Notes: generated from the letters alone by a model not told the origin. DNA of 64,000 nt from Octopus vulgaris (GCA_951406725.2 OX597815.1:172050001-172114000); one strand, 5' to 3'. Positions 27,421-40,756 are shown, counted from the first letter of the stretch. Numbers and translations: made by a program.

Positions 27421-27599
27421 ACACACAATATGCGTTTGTTTGAGTGTGTGTGTGTGTGTTTCGGGCGTGGAGACGTGTGTGCGCGCGCTCGTTGCTTATT
27501 GATTATATAGCATTTTAAAGAAATCAAACTTTATTGAATATAATTGTGGGATCTGAACTGGAAGGAGGTCTGGAAGGAAAATGATTTTTTGAATCATGT

Positions 27600-27960
27600 T
27601 TTATATTCAGTACTGATTGTGCCTTAATGTCCTGTCAGTTAGATAATGGAAGGGGTAAGGGAGTTCCATTCTCGGGTTGTGCTCAGAGCTTCAGATGGCC
27701 TTAATTTGTTCATGGAGACGGCATAGAAGGACTTAATGTCCATGGCAAAAATGGTTCGAAGGGACGGAAAGAAAGCAGTTGAAAATGTTAAGGGCGTTAT
27801 TAGTGTCAAAAATGTAGTTTAAGAGAGGTGCTATTGAGAGTGACAAGAATTGACTGAGATACTCAGAAATGAGTTCGGTGTAGCAGTTACAAGCGGATAT
27901 GATGGGGCGAGTGGAATTGTTAGACTTCAAGATTTTGTGGGGAAAATCAGTGATAGAAGT
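27600..27960 (-). mobile_element. Degraded Penelope-like RT fragment
   Basis: KILKSNNSTRPIISACNCYTELISEYL...YIFDTN, then IFAMDIKSFY after a frameshift. Confidence 0.7.
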
Positions 27961-29454
27961 TTCTTGGTCAGTGACTTATGAGGTTGAAGGTAGAGGACGA
28001 AAAGGACAGGAGAGGATGAACTTGGGTACAGAAGTATTAACGAATTGTTGGTTGCGATCAATAGAAATGAGAATTACTGAGTTGTCGGAGTGTTTCGGCC
28101 CTTTAAAGGTCGGCTTTACCAAACCATAACTGTACTGCCTTTCTTAGTCAATTTGATACGTGTTGAATAGTAGTAAAACAAACTTTATCGGAGAAATACA
28201 GACGCGTCCCTCCGTTCAATAAAAGGCTTCCAGCTAATTGCGAGCAAAAAAATATCGAGTATTGGTCTGGGTTAGGAACTCGTTAACAGTGGGAGCGAAG
28301 GTTATGATTGGAACTATTTAACAAAGAACCAAACAGCCAGTATTTGAGAATGAGAGAGATGACATTTTCTGTTTAAGTCCATGCGAGTACACACACACTG
28401 TGTGTGTGTATGTGTGTGTTGTTTAGTTTTTAAGTGCATATATTCTTACCGTATGCAAGAAGTATTTCACTTAACAAATATAAAGGGACAAATCGTATCA
28501 ACCATTAACCTTCAAATTCTGGAAAATTGCCGATATTGAACTCTGGACGAATTACTTTCGAATTATAGACATTTTTTAATTCTGTTAATAAGTATTGCAT
28601 AAAAGTACATGATAACTAGTTTTTTATAACAAAATTGCCGTAAATATGCAATAGTTAGTACAAGGGACGTAACTCTATTTTGCATTACACGATGTAGAAT
28701 CCATTATCCCGAAGTTTCTTCATTGATTTTTTATGTTTAATTTCCTTTCAGCAGCTGAACAGTTTACGCATTTACTTCTTTTTTTTTTTTTTTTGTAATT
28801 AGGGCTCTAAAAAAGTACATTGAGTATACAAGTATACATGTATACGTAAATATAAGAGTTGAATCTAAATCTATGTATTTAATTAAACATTTTTCTAATA
28901 GCGAATTCAAATAAATTAATACACTAATTGAATTATTTACATGTCTTTCATCCTGTTTGTAGTTTCAAAATGAATGCTTGTATAATATATATTTACTTGG
29001 TTATTTAAAAAAAACAGCAGTTCTCTTGAATTAGATAAGTGAAAACAAGAAAGAATTGTGGAATAATTGCCTCGTTATAATGACGAATGAAATTCTTTCA
29101 CTAAACCGCATGTCTTCTCGCCGCCCCTGGTGTCTTAACTACTTTTAAACTGAAGTCAGACAAAATTCTTCAAACATCAGCAGATTTAAAAACAACTGTT
29201 TGAAAATATATAGATAGTAGATAATTTTGAATATTTAGGAATCTTAATTTGTTCCCTGTTTTAATTATAATTTTTAGTGCGATTCAACAACTGAAACTTA
29301 TTCAATTTAGTCAGTATTTTGATAAGCTATCTCTTACAAAAATATATAATGAAGACGAAAAAGAAACATGAGCAGCAAAATTTCCCCTCTACCCTAAATC
29401 TCCATGCTTCATATTGAGGAAGTAGTACGTTAGAGTTATCTTCCTTGTAATGCT

Positions 29455-29495
29455 GTAACTATGGTAACTAATAACCATATAATATTTGTAAACAA
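29455..29495. promoter_or_regulatory. RFX X-box (29455-29468) and forkhead site (29487-29495) upstream of PPIL6
   Basis: GTAACTATGGTAAC fits the 14-bp X-box consensus; TGTAAACAA fits the Fox consensus; both lie within 100 bp of the ATG of a ciliary gene. Confidence 0.7.
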
Positions 29496-29550
29496 CGAAG
29501 ATTCTTAACACGTTATTCTTTTCACATTCCGAGTTTGTTGAGCCGGCAAA

Positions 29551-29637
29551 ATGGCCACTTCTGCAAAGAATTACAAAGTCGTCATTTATGGATTAATTGA
29601 TTCTATGAATTTCAAAAGAGCTCAATATTGTGCACAA
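29551..29637 (+). CDS. PPIL6: PPIL6-type cyclophilin, exon 1 of 8
   Basis: aaaATGG start; KVVIYGLIDSMNFKRAQYCAQ resembles the PPIL6 N-terminus; CAA|gtttgt donor. The eight exons join to 1410 nt = 469 aa + stop. Confidence 0.85.
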
Positions 29638-31044
29638 GTTTGTAAACTGCTTATGTTTTTATCGTATTTGTTGAAAATGAATTTCGAATCCTTTTGCTGT
29701 CATTACGGTATATCGTTAAAAAACTCCATTCATATTCAGTGTTTTGATGATAGGAGCGTTTAGGAATGGGGAACGAATCATTTAGTAATATGCAAAATTT
29801 TGTAAGCATCGCATCAGTTTACAAAAATGAATAGAAAAACTATATTTTTGCTTTCTATAATAACATATACTTTGAATAGTCCATTGTTTGAAATTTCCTC
29901 TTTTCACATGTTTTTTTTTATGTAGTCATTGACTCATAAATTGTTCAAGGAAGATATTACTTGCATCAACCTCACTGGTCTCAGAGGATTGTGAATGCTA
30001 TGGATCCAGCCCGTTTCTCTATAACAAAGAAACTAATGAAAAGGCCAGAGAGAGGTGTAGTATCTAGATGTAGTAAAATGTATCTGTCTTCATATTTTAA
30101 GTGCTTATGTACTTTCTTTGTTGTACTGTATTTTCCAGCATACAAGTCAATGAAATATATATCATGTGAACATTCTATCTTTCCAAATCCTGCTGCCTTT
30201 GACATGGAAGTTTTAGTCCTCCAAAGTCACTTTGTAGTATAAGTTGACTTACCCTTTTTGGCTGTAAATTTTGGTTTGAAAAATTTGACTTACATACAAG
30301 AAAATACAGTCTATCCACACCTTCTATAAATGAATTAGTTAGCTCTTTGGATCACTAAATAATTGAGTTTTTTTTTGACATGTGGACAGTCAATGTTGTC
30401 TTATGGTGGAGCTATCAGTAACAATAAAAGTTGAATTTAATGCAGTAAGAACTTCAGCAGGAAAATTCATTCCATGATACATTTGTTAGAAGATTGTATG
30501 TCTGTGGAATATGAAAACTGAAAGTATGTAAAGTGATTATAATTAAAGTTCTTCAACAATTACAAATAAAATAAGAGTGGCTTAGATTTAAATAATCTAA
30601 ACCCCTGGTATCAAATACTGTTTGCAAGAAACAAAATTAAAATTATGTAATTAAATTTTTTTTAAAATAGCTGGTTAGTTCTGTGTTGGCAAATAAATAA
30701 TGAAAGTAATTGTAGAAACTTGGAATTATGAAGTACAGAGTAATGGAATCATATTGGAATTTTTCATGGCAATTATTTATTAATTTATTCATTTATTAAT
30801 TAATTAATTTATTTATTTATTTTACTTTGCAAATTGCAGACAGTATCATTATTAGTTATAGATTTCCAGCAAGTTCACTGGTTCACTACCTTCCTGATGA
30901 CAAAACTAATAAAAGAGTATCTAATTTGAAACATAATAATTTGAGTATTTAATTTGATGCATAATAATTCACAAGGTACGAGATTTCCTGTTCTCCTGGT
31001 AACATTTATGCTCCTACTTGATATACACTGGCGAAAGCCACATA

Positions 31045-31896
31045 CGAAGAGGTACCTAAAAGAAACCAGAATTTTGCAATATTATTATTAGTTTTACATG
31101 TTTACACTTTTATTGCCTTCAAAGTATTCTCCATCTGAAGCAATGCATCGGTCCAGACGCGTTTTCTCCTGTTCAAAACAGTCCTGGAACTCTTGCAAAG
31201 TAATGCCTTTTAACACCCCCATCGTTTTTGTTCTTCATCTCATCCACATCTGCAAATTCTGTTGCACCAGCTTTCATTACCAGTGATGACCTTTGAAAAA
31301 AGGTCTGGATCAATTTCCAGCTGTTCTTGCTCTTGGTCTGTGAGCAAGCGAGGCACAAATTATGCTGCAACTCATTTCATTCACAATTCCTCACTCAAGA
31401 TTCGTTGACAGGAGCTCAAGGACTCACCAGTCATATCAACTAGTTCATCAATAGCTTTGTAATGGTCCTCCAAGATCATGAATTTTCATGATGTTTTCAT
31501 TTGTTCGGGAGGTCGACAGATGACCTGAATAAGGTTGGTCTTCAAGCAACAAGTGACCATTCCTAAAGCCCAAAAACCACTCATAAACTTTGTGTTTTGC
31601 TCTTGGTACAGTGTTCTTGTAAGCTGGAAGCATGACAACTGTTTTGGCCTCTGTTTTCCCCAGCAGAAAATAGAATTTCATGGAAGCATGCTGTTCCTTC
31701 GTTTCGACCATCATAAAAATTGACAAACAGGGAAGAAGTACTGGAAAACAAAGATGCACCATGTGGCAGTACGACTACACGCAACGATGCTGGTTGGCTT
31801 GAGGTCTGCATCAAGTGGCTTCTAGTGGTAGAAGCTTCAACTACAATGGACTTGTCTCACAGAGAACGTTTCTGGTTATTTTTGGGTACCACCTCA
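31045..31896 (-). mobile_element. Older, internally deleted mariner element in PPIL6 intron 1
   Basis: Degenerate TIRs with TA flanks; EQHASMKFYFLLGKT...VYEWF..FRNG..LEDQ HTH remnant. Confidence 0.8.
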
Positions 31897-32286
31897 TACA
31901 TGCACAAACACACACTCTCTCTCTCTCACTTTCTCCCCTCTCTCTCTCTCACTTTCTCTTTCTCCCTCTCTCTCTCACACACACATACACCATAGACACC
32001 TAATCGCCGCCAACCAAATTTTGTCAACCTTAGGTTGATGTAGAATATACTTGCCTTCATGAAGTGGGGTTGAATTCAGCAACAAGTGGATGTGAACAAC
32101 TTAACTATGCAGTCATGCTTACAACTACCTTGGCAAATCTTGTTATTGACTTTCAAACCTGGAAAATAATACTGAGAGAATATAAGGAATTCTATTCTAT
32201 TTAATTTAATTTTTGTAAAGTCTTTACTAAAAACCTTTCAGAAGTTGTTTGTAAAAGCTACTCCAAAGAAATATTTCTCTTGACAG

Positions 32287-32382
32287 AAAATGGAAGTTGA
32301 TTTTCCTGAAACGTTTAAAAAACCTGATATTGTTCCCATGTTTGAATTTGAGTGGGAAGAATTTATTGAAAAGCAGAAAAAG
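32287..32382 (+). CDS. PPIL6: PPIL6 exon 2
   Basis: tgacag / AAG|gtaagt; FKKPDIVPMFEFEWEEFIEKQKK. Confidence 0.9.
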
Positions 32383-33487
32383 GTAAGTAAACTATTTTGC
32401 TTTTTTTAATGCTTGGAAAAACAGAAATTTCTGCATTTTAGTAAGCATAGTTAACAATCATACATTGTAAGAATTTATCTTCTTGCTGTTACAAATGTTA
32501 ACTTTTTGGAGTTGCTAACTAACTTGTTAATCATCATCATCATCATCATCACCACTACCACCACCACCATCACCACATCACCATCACCACTTCATAACCA
32601 CCACTATCCAGAGCCATCTTGGCAGTATTGTAGGCCTCTGGGCAAATCAATGTACTGGGTCCTATAATATTTATCTATTGACAGCATATGTAGATTAGTA
32701 TTGGGTAAATCACTGTATTGGGCCTGATAATATTTATTTATTGACACAATCCCCAGCACACATAGATCAGAATTGGACCTCTATGTCCATAAGGTCCCTG
32801 GGTAACTGCCCAGCATCCCCAAGCCTTAAGACAGCACTTCCACCATCATCACTGTCATACTCATCATTGCTACATCGTCATCGTGTCGTTATAATGATTA
32901 TGTTCATCATCATTATCATCAACCTTGTCATCATCGTCATTTTGTTGTCAACATCATATATATTGTTTTGATTTGAGAAATTCAATATATTTTATACTGG
33001 GCTAAGGCAGGGAGCTGACAGAATCATCAGCACGCTGGGCAAAATGCTAAGTGACATTTCATCTGTCTTTACATTCTGAGTTCAAATCCTGCCAAGGTCA
33101 ACTGTGCCTTTCATCCTTTCAGGGTTGATAAAATAAAGTACCAGTTGAGCACTGGGGTCAATGTAATCAACTTATCCCCTCCCTCGAATTGGCTGGCCCT
33201 GTGCCAAAATTTGAAACCAGTATACTTTATATTAGGCTGAGTTTCAGGTACTTGAAGACACCAAAATGTAGTGTGAACATTACATTTAGCCTCCAGAAGT
33301 AACTACAAATGGTTGCTAAGTCAGTTAATTACACAGTGACTCTCTCATCTGTTTAAAAATAAAATTGCTTTAACTCTTCTCTCTTGAGATGAATGCCTGT
33401 CTGATAGCAAAATAATTTTTGTAATAATCCTGTTTTGTTAAATTCAAAAGATTAACTGTTCTGTGGTTTGTTTAATCTATTTCTCAG

Positions 33488-33676
33488 TTGCTCCAAGGAG
33501 AAATGTGGATATATGACAAAAATGAATTGGTGTTTATCAACGATAAAATGCTTGGTAGCTATGATGATCTTTTGTACTGGGCTGATTATAGTAAATTTTA
33601 TGACGACAATTTACCATATACATTGTTTTCTGCATTAGTTGAAGAGGATTACAGAAATGAATTAATCAAGAGAAAT
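33488..33676 (+). CDS. PPIL6: PPIL6 exon 3
   Basis: ttctcag / AAT|gtaagt; GEMW...FINDKMLG...LLYWA. Confidence 0.9.
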
Positions 33677-34446
33677 GTAAGTATTCAATAAGTAATAAAG
33701 GTGGGGTTTTTTTTCTTTTTCATAGTAGCAGCAGTGGCTTACATTTCCTGTTAGGGTCTTAGTGGACACTGTACTAAAATGAAAAGCATTTTCATATGTT
33801 GATTTTAATTTTTTTATAGTTTTAACAATTTTTATGCTTTATTTTTTTTTTATCTTTCTTGTTTCAGTCATTAAACTATGGCCATGCTGGGGCACTGCCT
33901 TGAAGGGTTTTAGCAGAACAAATCAACCCCAGTACTTGTTTTTAAGTCTGCTATTTATTCTATCAGTACCTTTAACTGAACCACTAAGTTACAGGTGGGG
34001 GACAAACACAACACCACACAAAGGTACCCTCCCCCATATATATATATGATGAACCTTAGTGACTGATTGATTAACTGAGCAAATATTCAAACAATTGATT
34101 AGTTAATAGGTTAAATTGTTAACTAGTTAAATATTAATTATAAAAGAAGTGAAATAGAAACTGTGTATGTGTTTCTTATTGGCTTAATGGCCCTTTTAAG
34201 ACATTAAAAATCAGTCTCAATACTCAATTCCTATTTAAGGATCTTGAGAACCAAATATGTAAACAAAGTAGAAAAAATTCAGAATGTGTTTCAGAAAAGC
34301 TTCAGTTTGTTGATCTGATTCCACTTCCACTACAAAATAATATTGAAAAGTGACAATGTAAATAACACTAGTAGCTGAATTGTTACATTTTTAGCTACCA
34401 TTTAAAAAAAAACAATATGGAGATAATTGCATAAGCCATCACTGTA

Positions 34447-34737
34447 GGTGAGTGATGAAATTATTTTGATACTGTTAAATATAAAAATTGTTAAGTATTA
34501 AAAGGCAATAGATGAATGATGAAATTTTGTGGTACTATTAAATATAGAAGTTATAGATGGATAATGAAATATTTTGATGTGATTAAAAATAAAAAGTTAT
34601 AGATAGATAATGAAATATTTTGATGCTGTTAAAAATAAGAGAAAATGGATGAGTGATGAAATATTTTGACACTACTAAACATTAAAGGTTTTTGATGAGT
34701 AATGAAATATTTCAGTACTATTAGATATAAAAGGCTA
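34447..34737. repeat. Degenerate ~46-bp AT-rich minisatellite x6
   Basis: Recurring GATGAGTRATGAAATATTTTGA...TTAAA.ATAAAAG. Confidence 0.8.
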
Positions 34738-35006
34738 TTATTTATAGTAAGCAGTAAAAGATTGAATTTTAATAACTAAATTTTTTATAAATGGTAATAC
34801 AATTCAACAAAAATAAAACAGTAAAACTATTTGCAGAAAACTATAAAAGCTTTTTACTAACTAAAAATCTCTAAGAAGGTTGCTTATGTTATGTTTCATG
34901 TCTCCGGATGATATAGTGTACTATATCCTATTGTTTTATTGAATTTTGTTTTTAATTATCTGTTTTTTTATTTTTTTTAATTTTTGTTTCCTGTATTTTG
35001 TACTAG

Positions 35007-35069
35007 CATGATTTTATCTACATGTACATCAGTATCGATGACATAGACTCTGGATTTTTCCTAATTGAG
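35007..35069 (+). CDS. PPIL6: PPIL6 exon 4
   Basis: tactag / GAG|gtaagt; HDFIYMYISIDD...LIE, start of the cyclophilin domain. Confidence 0.9.
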
Positions 35070-35079
35070 GTAAGTAACA

Positions 35080-35517
35080 TTAAATCTCACAACGTGAGAT
35101 ATTCAGCAACAGTACTTTGTAGTAAAGATTGTTTGCCAACATAACAGTCCTGTGAAATTTAAAAATAGTAATTTTCTAATTTATAGATCAGTGACTAGTT
35201 GTCACTTTGAAAACTATATATATTTTGAATGGGAATTTGGCAGCCCCACCTCAGCCGAACAATTATTTTGTTTCTGATGAAGGGTAAATACCTGGAAATC
35301 GTGATACACAGATATTGTTTTGAGCTGAGTGGGCGTGCTAGATCCCCTTGTTCAAAAATATAAGGACACAGATCGTGTCGTGTAGCCAGCTGCAGACAAT
35401 GTCTCCTGGGGCTAAATTACAGCAACATTTGTCTTAAACCAGGACTGCCATGTTATGTTGGCAAACAATCTTTACTATAAAGTACTGTTGCTGAATATCT
35501 CACGTTGTGAGATTTAA
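35080..35517. repeat. Long inverted repeat (35080-35152 / 35440-35517)
   Basis: Arms differ by 1 mismatch and a 5-bp indel. Confidence 0.93.
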
Positions 35518-36156
35518 AAATAGTAATTTTCTAATTCTATCTTGTTGTTATATCAGGCATCTCAGATATGAAACATCATAATAAAATCAGTGCTGGCCAT
35601 AATTTCTATAGAAAAATCTGTGGAGATAACTTTAACAAGTAAAGTGTCTTAAATGCTTAGTGAGCTGTCTTGGTAGCTAACAGACAGCATTTCATAACTG
35701 ATGCTAATTCTAACAACTACTATTTATCTAGTATATCTGAAATCTTTGTTTTCTGTTCACACACCATTGATCTTATTTTGTTCCCACTGCTTTAAACTCA
35801 CTACACTGTACATTCAGAAAATCATTAAAAATAAAAGTTGTTTCATGCAAAGGTGGCCTTTATCATGTTCCCGGGCATATAAGCCTATGTTGTACATATT
35901 GTAACCATGCAGGGTAAACATTCAAACATCATCGCTATCTTTCCAAATCCTGTTGCATTTCACATGGAATTTTTGGTCCTCCAAAGTTGTTTTGGTGTAT
36001 TATTCCAGCTACCTTCTTTTAACTCAAAATTTTGTTCTGAAAAATTCAACTTGTATGCATGGAGATAAAAATACAATATTTTAAAATCATTTCAATTAAT
36101 GACATGCTTTATTTTTTTACTTTTTTCATTTTTTTTTTACTTGATTTTTCTTGTAG

Positions 36157-36307
36157 TTGTTCAATGACATTCTTCCAAAAACATGTGAAAATTTCAAAAC
36201 ATTATGCGTTGGAAATACTCCCATGGCACGTGACCCACTGAGAAAACTCACTTATGAAGGCTCCTTTTTCCACAGAATTGTACCAAATGGATGGATTCAA
36301 GGAGGCG
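36157..36307 (+). CDS. PPIL6: PPIL6 exon 5
   Basis: ttgtag / G|gtaata; PKTCENF...FHRIVPNGWIQGG (GWIQGG is characteristic of PPIL6). Confidence 0.95.
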
Positions 36308-36845
36308 GTAATATTGGTTTCTCTTTTTATAGGCATCATTTGAACCCAATATGTTATTACTTCTTTTTTTCTTTTATTCCCATGCCATGCTGTGCTTTAT
36401 ATTGATCTAGTCTTGGACGGTACCTGTAGCATATTGGTTTTTTCCTATGAAAAAATGTAGCTAGCTTTCCACTCAACACTTCACCATTTCTAAAGAAAGG
36501 GATGCTATGAGTGGTTCCCACAGAACCATTCTCACGGTGCAACATAGCCAATTCAGAGAGACAGGGAAAGAGAGGAGAGTAAGCAAGAGAGAGAGAGAGA
36601 GAGAGAGAGCGACAGGGAGAGAGGGAAAGACAAGAGAGACAGACAGAAAGACAGAAAAAAAATTGATCCTAGACCTTGACTATCATTATCTTTTATCTTT
36701 CACTTGTTTCAGTCTTTGGATTGTGGCCATGCTGGGGCACTGCCTTGAAAGGCTTAGTTGAACAAACTAACCCCAGTACTCATTTGTTCAATCAGATTCT
36801 TTTGCTGAACCACTAAATTGTAGAGACGTATATATATAATAACAG

Positions 36846-36909
<64 letters not shown>

Positions 36910-36942
36910 ATACATACATACATACATATACATATACATACA

Positions 36943-37552
36943 CAGGAGAGTGATAAAAATCAAACATCCAGTCAACATCATGGTGTTTGGAGTGATCACT
37001 AGTGATGGTGACATTATGCCTCCATTCATCTTCCCACACAGCCTCAGACTCAACAAGTGCCTGGAGGGGCTAGTGCTGCCCTGGGTCAAGAGGGTGGCTG
37101 CTGGAAGACCCTATGTCTGGCAACAGGACTCTGCACCATGCCACATAAGCAGGAGAACCCAGTTATGACTGTCAGACAATTTCTGTGACCACATCACCCC
37201 TAACATCTGGCCATCTAACTCCCCAGACTGCAACCCCCTTTATTGTTATGTGTGGGGCACAGTTGAGCAAGAGACCAACAAAACTCCTTGTAACACCAAA
37301 GATGAAGTGAAGGCAAGGATTATGTCAGCATTCACGAACTTAAACAAAGAGACTGTCCAGGAGAGCAGCAGGAGATTCTGAAGTCGTCTGGAGTCTGTGG
37401 TTGAAGCCAATGGCAATTTTATTGAATAAATTTAGTCTTTAGCATTTCAAGATATTTTTATGTAATTTTGGTAAATATATCTGTTAAAGTGAGATGTCAG
37501 TATTATTTTCACTTTTGTGTAATTTAGATGACAGTTTATTCACCACACCCTA
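36943..37552 (+). mobile_element. Tc1/mariner (DD37D, maT-like) 3' fragment
   Basis: IMVFGVITSDG...WQQDSAPCH...WPSNSPDCNPL; 37 residues from the second D to the decayed third acidic position; ends CACCCT-. Confidence 0.8.
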
Positions 37553-37789
37553 TATATATATATATGTATATATAAATACATAGATGGTGGGTTGTCTGTT
37601 CCTTATGCAAAGTCTGACCACCTCTTGTACTTACACCTTAGATCTATCATGGCACCTGATGTGGCTTTCTAAACTAGACAATGTTTTGAAAAGACACCCA
37701 CATAGATTGCATATCTGATTTGGACCACCAAGAGCTGGATCCTAATATGTATATATATATTTACACACACATATATATATATATATATA

Positions 37790-38692
37790 TGAAAAATCAA
37801 CGAAAATGCACATTGCAAATAAAAAAAAGACTATTTATGACAGTAACGACAAATATATACATTTAGATTGACTGAGGTAGTAATACGAGTCATAAAAGTC
37901 ATTATTATGAGATGATTATAAGATGATAATAAAGTAAGAGAACAAAACAGACCATGGTTTACGCAAAGCTATTCGTCATTTGAACAACACCGGTTGATAC
38001 ACGGTGTCAGGTCTAATAGTTCATGAGAAAAAAGATTATTTGTAAGGGAGGTAAGTAGTTCCGGATTATTTGTAAGGGAGATAAGTAGTTCTGGATTTAG
38101 AGATGTGAGTGGTGTAGGAAGTGTATAGGGGTTAGTGGTTTTAATTGAAGAGTTAGTGGTGTTCTGTATTGAGTTGTGTGTTCATGTTTAGTTGGGGGAG
38201 AAATTTATTGATGAAAAATGTCTCTTTATTCAACCTTTGTTGCATTGTGGTGTTCTGTGAACATTGGTAAAAGGGAAATATTTGGAAATTGGGATTAAGA
38301 TACCTGGCACATCTTTCTATGTGTACACTCACCTTTAACTGTCTGTATTGTGGGTGACAGATTTGCTCTTTGTGAATGGTGATTCTTTGACGGAGCGAAA
38401 TTTCTGTTTGTCCAATATAGAGTTTACCACATCCTATGCATGTCATGACATAGATTACATTTACTGAGGCGCAAGTGAAATTTGATTTGATCTTAAATAT
38501 TTCTCCTTGTTTGAATTGGAATTCTGAACCATCCAGAAGGTGGGGGCATGTTCCACAGTTAGAACGTCCACATTTTGTCACTTTTGGCTCTGTTGTTGGT
38601 GGATACAGTCTAGCGCTGGTTAATATTTTTTTCAGTGACTTCGGTTGCTTTTTGCTTTTTATAATTTTATATGAGCTTAAAATTTTGTTCAA
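37790..38692 (-). mobile_element. Penelope-like element 3' fragment with an open GIY-YIG endonuclease reading frame (38153-38692)
   Basis: CxxxxCxxC, VIY..C..C.K.YIGQT..LRQR, E..FI...P.LN; embedded between (TA)n tracts. Confidence 0.88.
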
Positions 38693-38745
38693 TGTTTTAA
38701 GCTCATATAAATTTTAAGCTCAAATTTTATATATATATTTATATA

Positions 38746-38821
<76 letters not shown>

Positions 38822-40059
38822 AATGTATAATATATACATACATGCACAAACTCACACATACATACATACAAATGTGCATGTGTTTGTTTTTTACCCTTGT
38901 CTTGACATCATGGTTGTAAATGAGCATCATTGTCATACAAGCAATGTCGTTCATTTCCAGTCTTCCATGAAAAGCATGTCTGGCCAGTGGGGAAATATTA
39001 CCTTGCTTGGAAACAGGAAGAGGTTGGCAACAGGATGGGCATCATATAAAGTATCTCCTTCAGCAAATTCTGTCTGACCCTTGCAAGTATAGAAAAGTAG
39101 ACATTGAATGATGATGATGATAGTGATGATAGCAATGGCAGTGGTGGTAGCTATACACGTTTTATAATTTACACTAGCACTTGTGCTGGTGGCACATGAA
39201 AAAGCATTCAAGCGAGGTCGTTGCCAGTGCAGGTGGCACATAGAAAGCACCATTTGAGCGTGGCCATTACCAGTATTGTCTGACTGGCCCTCATGCTGGT
39301 GGCATGTAAAAGCACCCACTACACCCTCAGAGTGGTTAGGAAGGGCATCCCGCTATAGAAACTCTGCCAGATCAGATTGGAGTCTGGTCCAGCCATCTGG
39401 TTCACCAGACCTCAGTCAAATCGTCCAACCTCTGCTAGCATCGAAAGCAGACATTAAACGACGACGATGATGATGATGATGATGATGAGAGTTTTTCTAA
39501 ATTTTAAAGTAAGTGAAAGTAACATTTTTTTTTGTAATTGTTATTTATTACTGTTTTTAATAACAAGACCTAGTATGTCATTCTTTTTTTTTTTTCAAAA
39601 TGGATATGCATAGTAATTTCATAAAGTACTTTATGATTTTACAGATATCATGTTAAGTTTAAATAGCAAAGCTGTTTCTGACATTTAGCCAAACTAATAA
39701 ACAACAATTTTTATAGGAAATATTGTGTGAAAAAAAAAAAATTACTAGTTTAGTAGTGTCCTGTTTCTTGAAAAACTTGTCAACTTTAATATTGTATGAT
39801 GATATTCCTCTCTGACATGTAATCATTGCTTTAACTAATGACCAAGATAAAATATATGAAAGTAGTGAAGAAAGTCATTGATCATCATATCTTTAATAAA
39901 AAAAATTTTCACTTTATTTTGACTTATATGCAGAAGATTTTTAAAAAATATTAAAAAATGCTTAAAACTGGCAACTTTCAATTTATAAAATTCATGGGTT
40001 TCTATATATTTCAGAACATAAAAAAAATTTCTAAAAACAAAAAAAATTATATGTATGTG

Positions 40060-40200
40060 CATGAGTGTGTGTGTGTGTGTATATACATGTATGTATGTAT
40101 GTATGTATGTATGTATGTATGTAGATAGATAGATAGATACATACATACATACATACAATATGCATCTCTCTCTCTCTCTTTCTCTCTCTCTCTCCATATA

Positions 40201-40291
<91 letters not shown>

Positions 40292-40345
40292 GCAGGCAGG
40301 CAGGCAGGCAGGCAGGCAGACAGACAGATTGATAGATAGATAGAT
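40060..40345. repeat. Compound microsatellite (TG/TATG/GATA/TC/TA/GGCA)
   Basis: Read directly. Confidence 0.95.
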
Positions 40346-40756
40346 TCAAGGATTGAGGTGTAGGAAGAAAGTTAGCTTCAAGCAAACCATAGTAAATATA
40401 AAAAACAGCTTTCAGTGACATTAGTGACTTACTGAGATGAGAGGTTGTGGATTTTTTTGTTATCAAAGTATGATAAATTGAAAAAAGTTCTTTTTTAAAT
40501 TTCATGGTAGGCAACCATTCTGATTGAATCTTCCAGGTGTTAACATGTACGTCCTTATGACAATGTAAACTTTCATTTAATCAAGATATCCTGAAGAGTA
40601 GCCTGTGGTATACTCTATGCTTGGATATTTACCACTTCCAAGGTTCTGCTCGCTATGAAACATATGCAGCCTAGATTTTATTTACTTCATTCCTTAACTC
40701 TTGTATCTACATCTATATAATAATAATAATAATGATAATAATAATAATAATAATAT

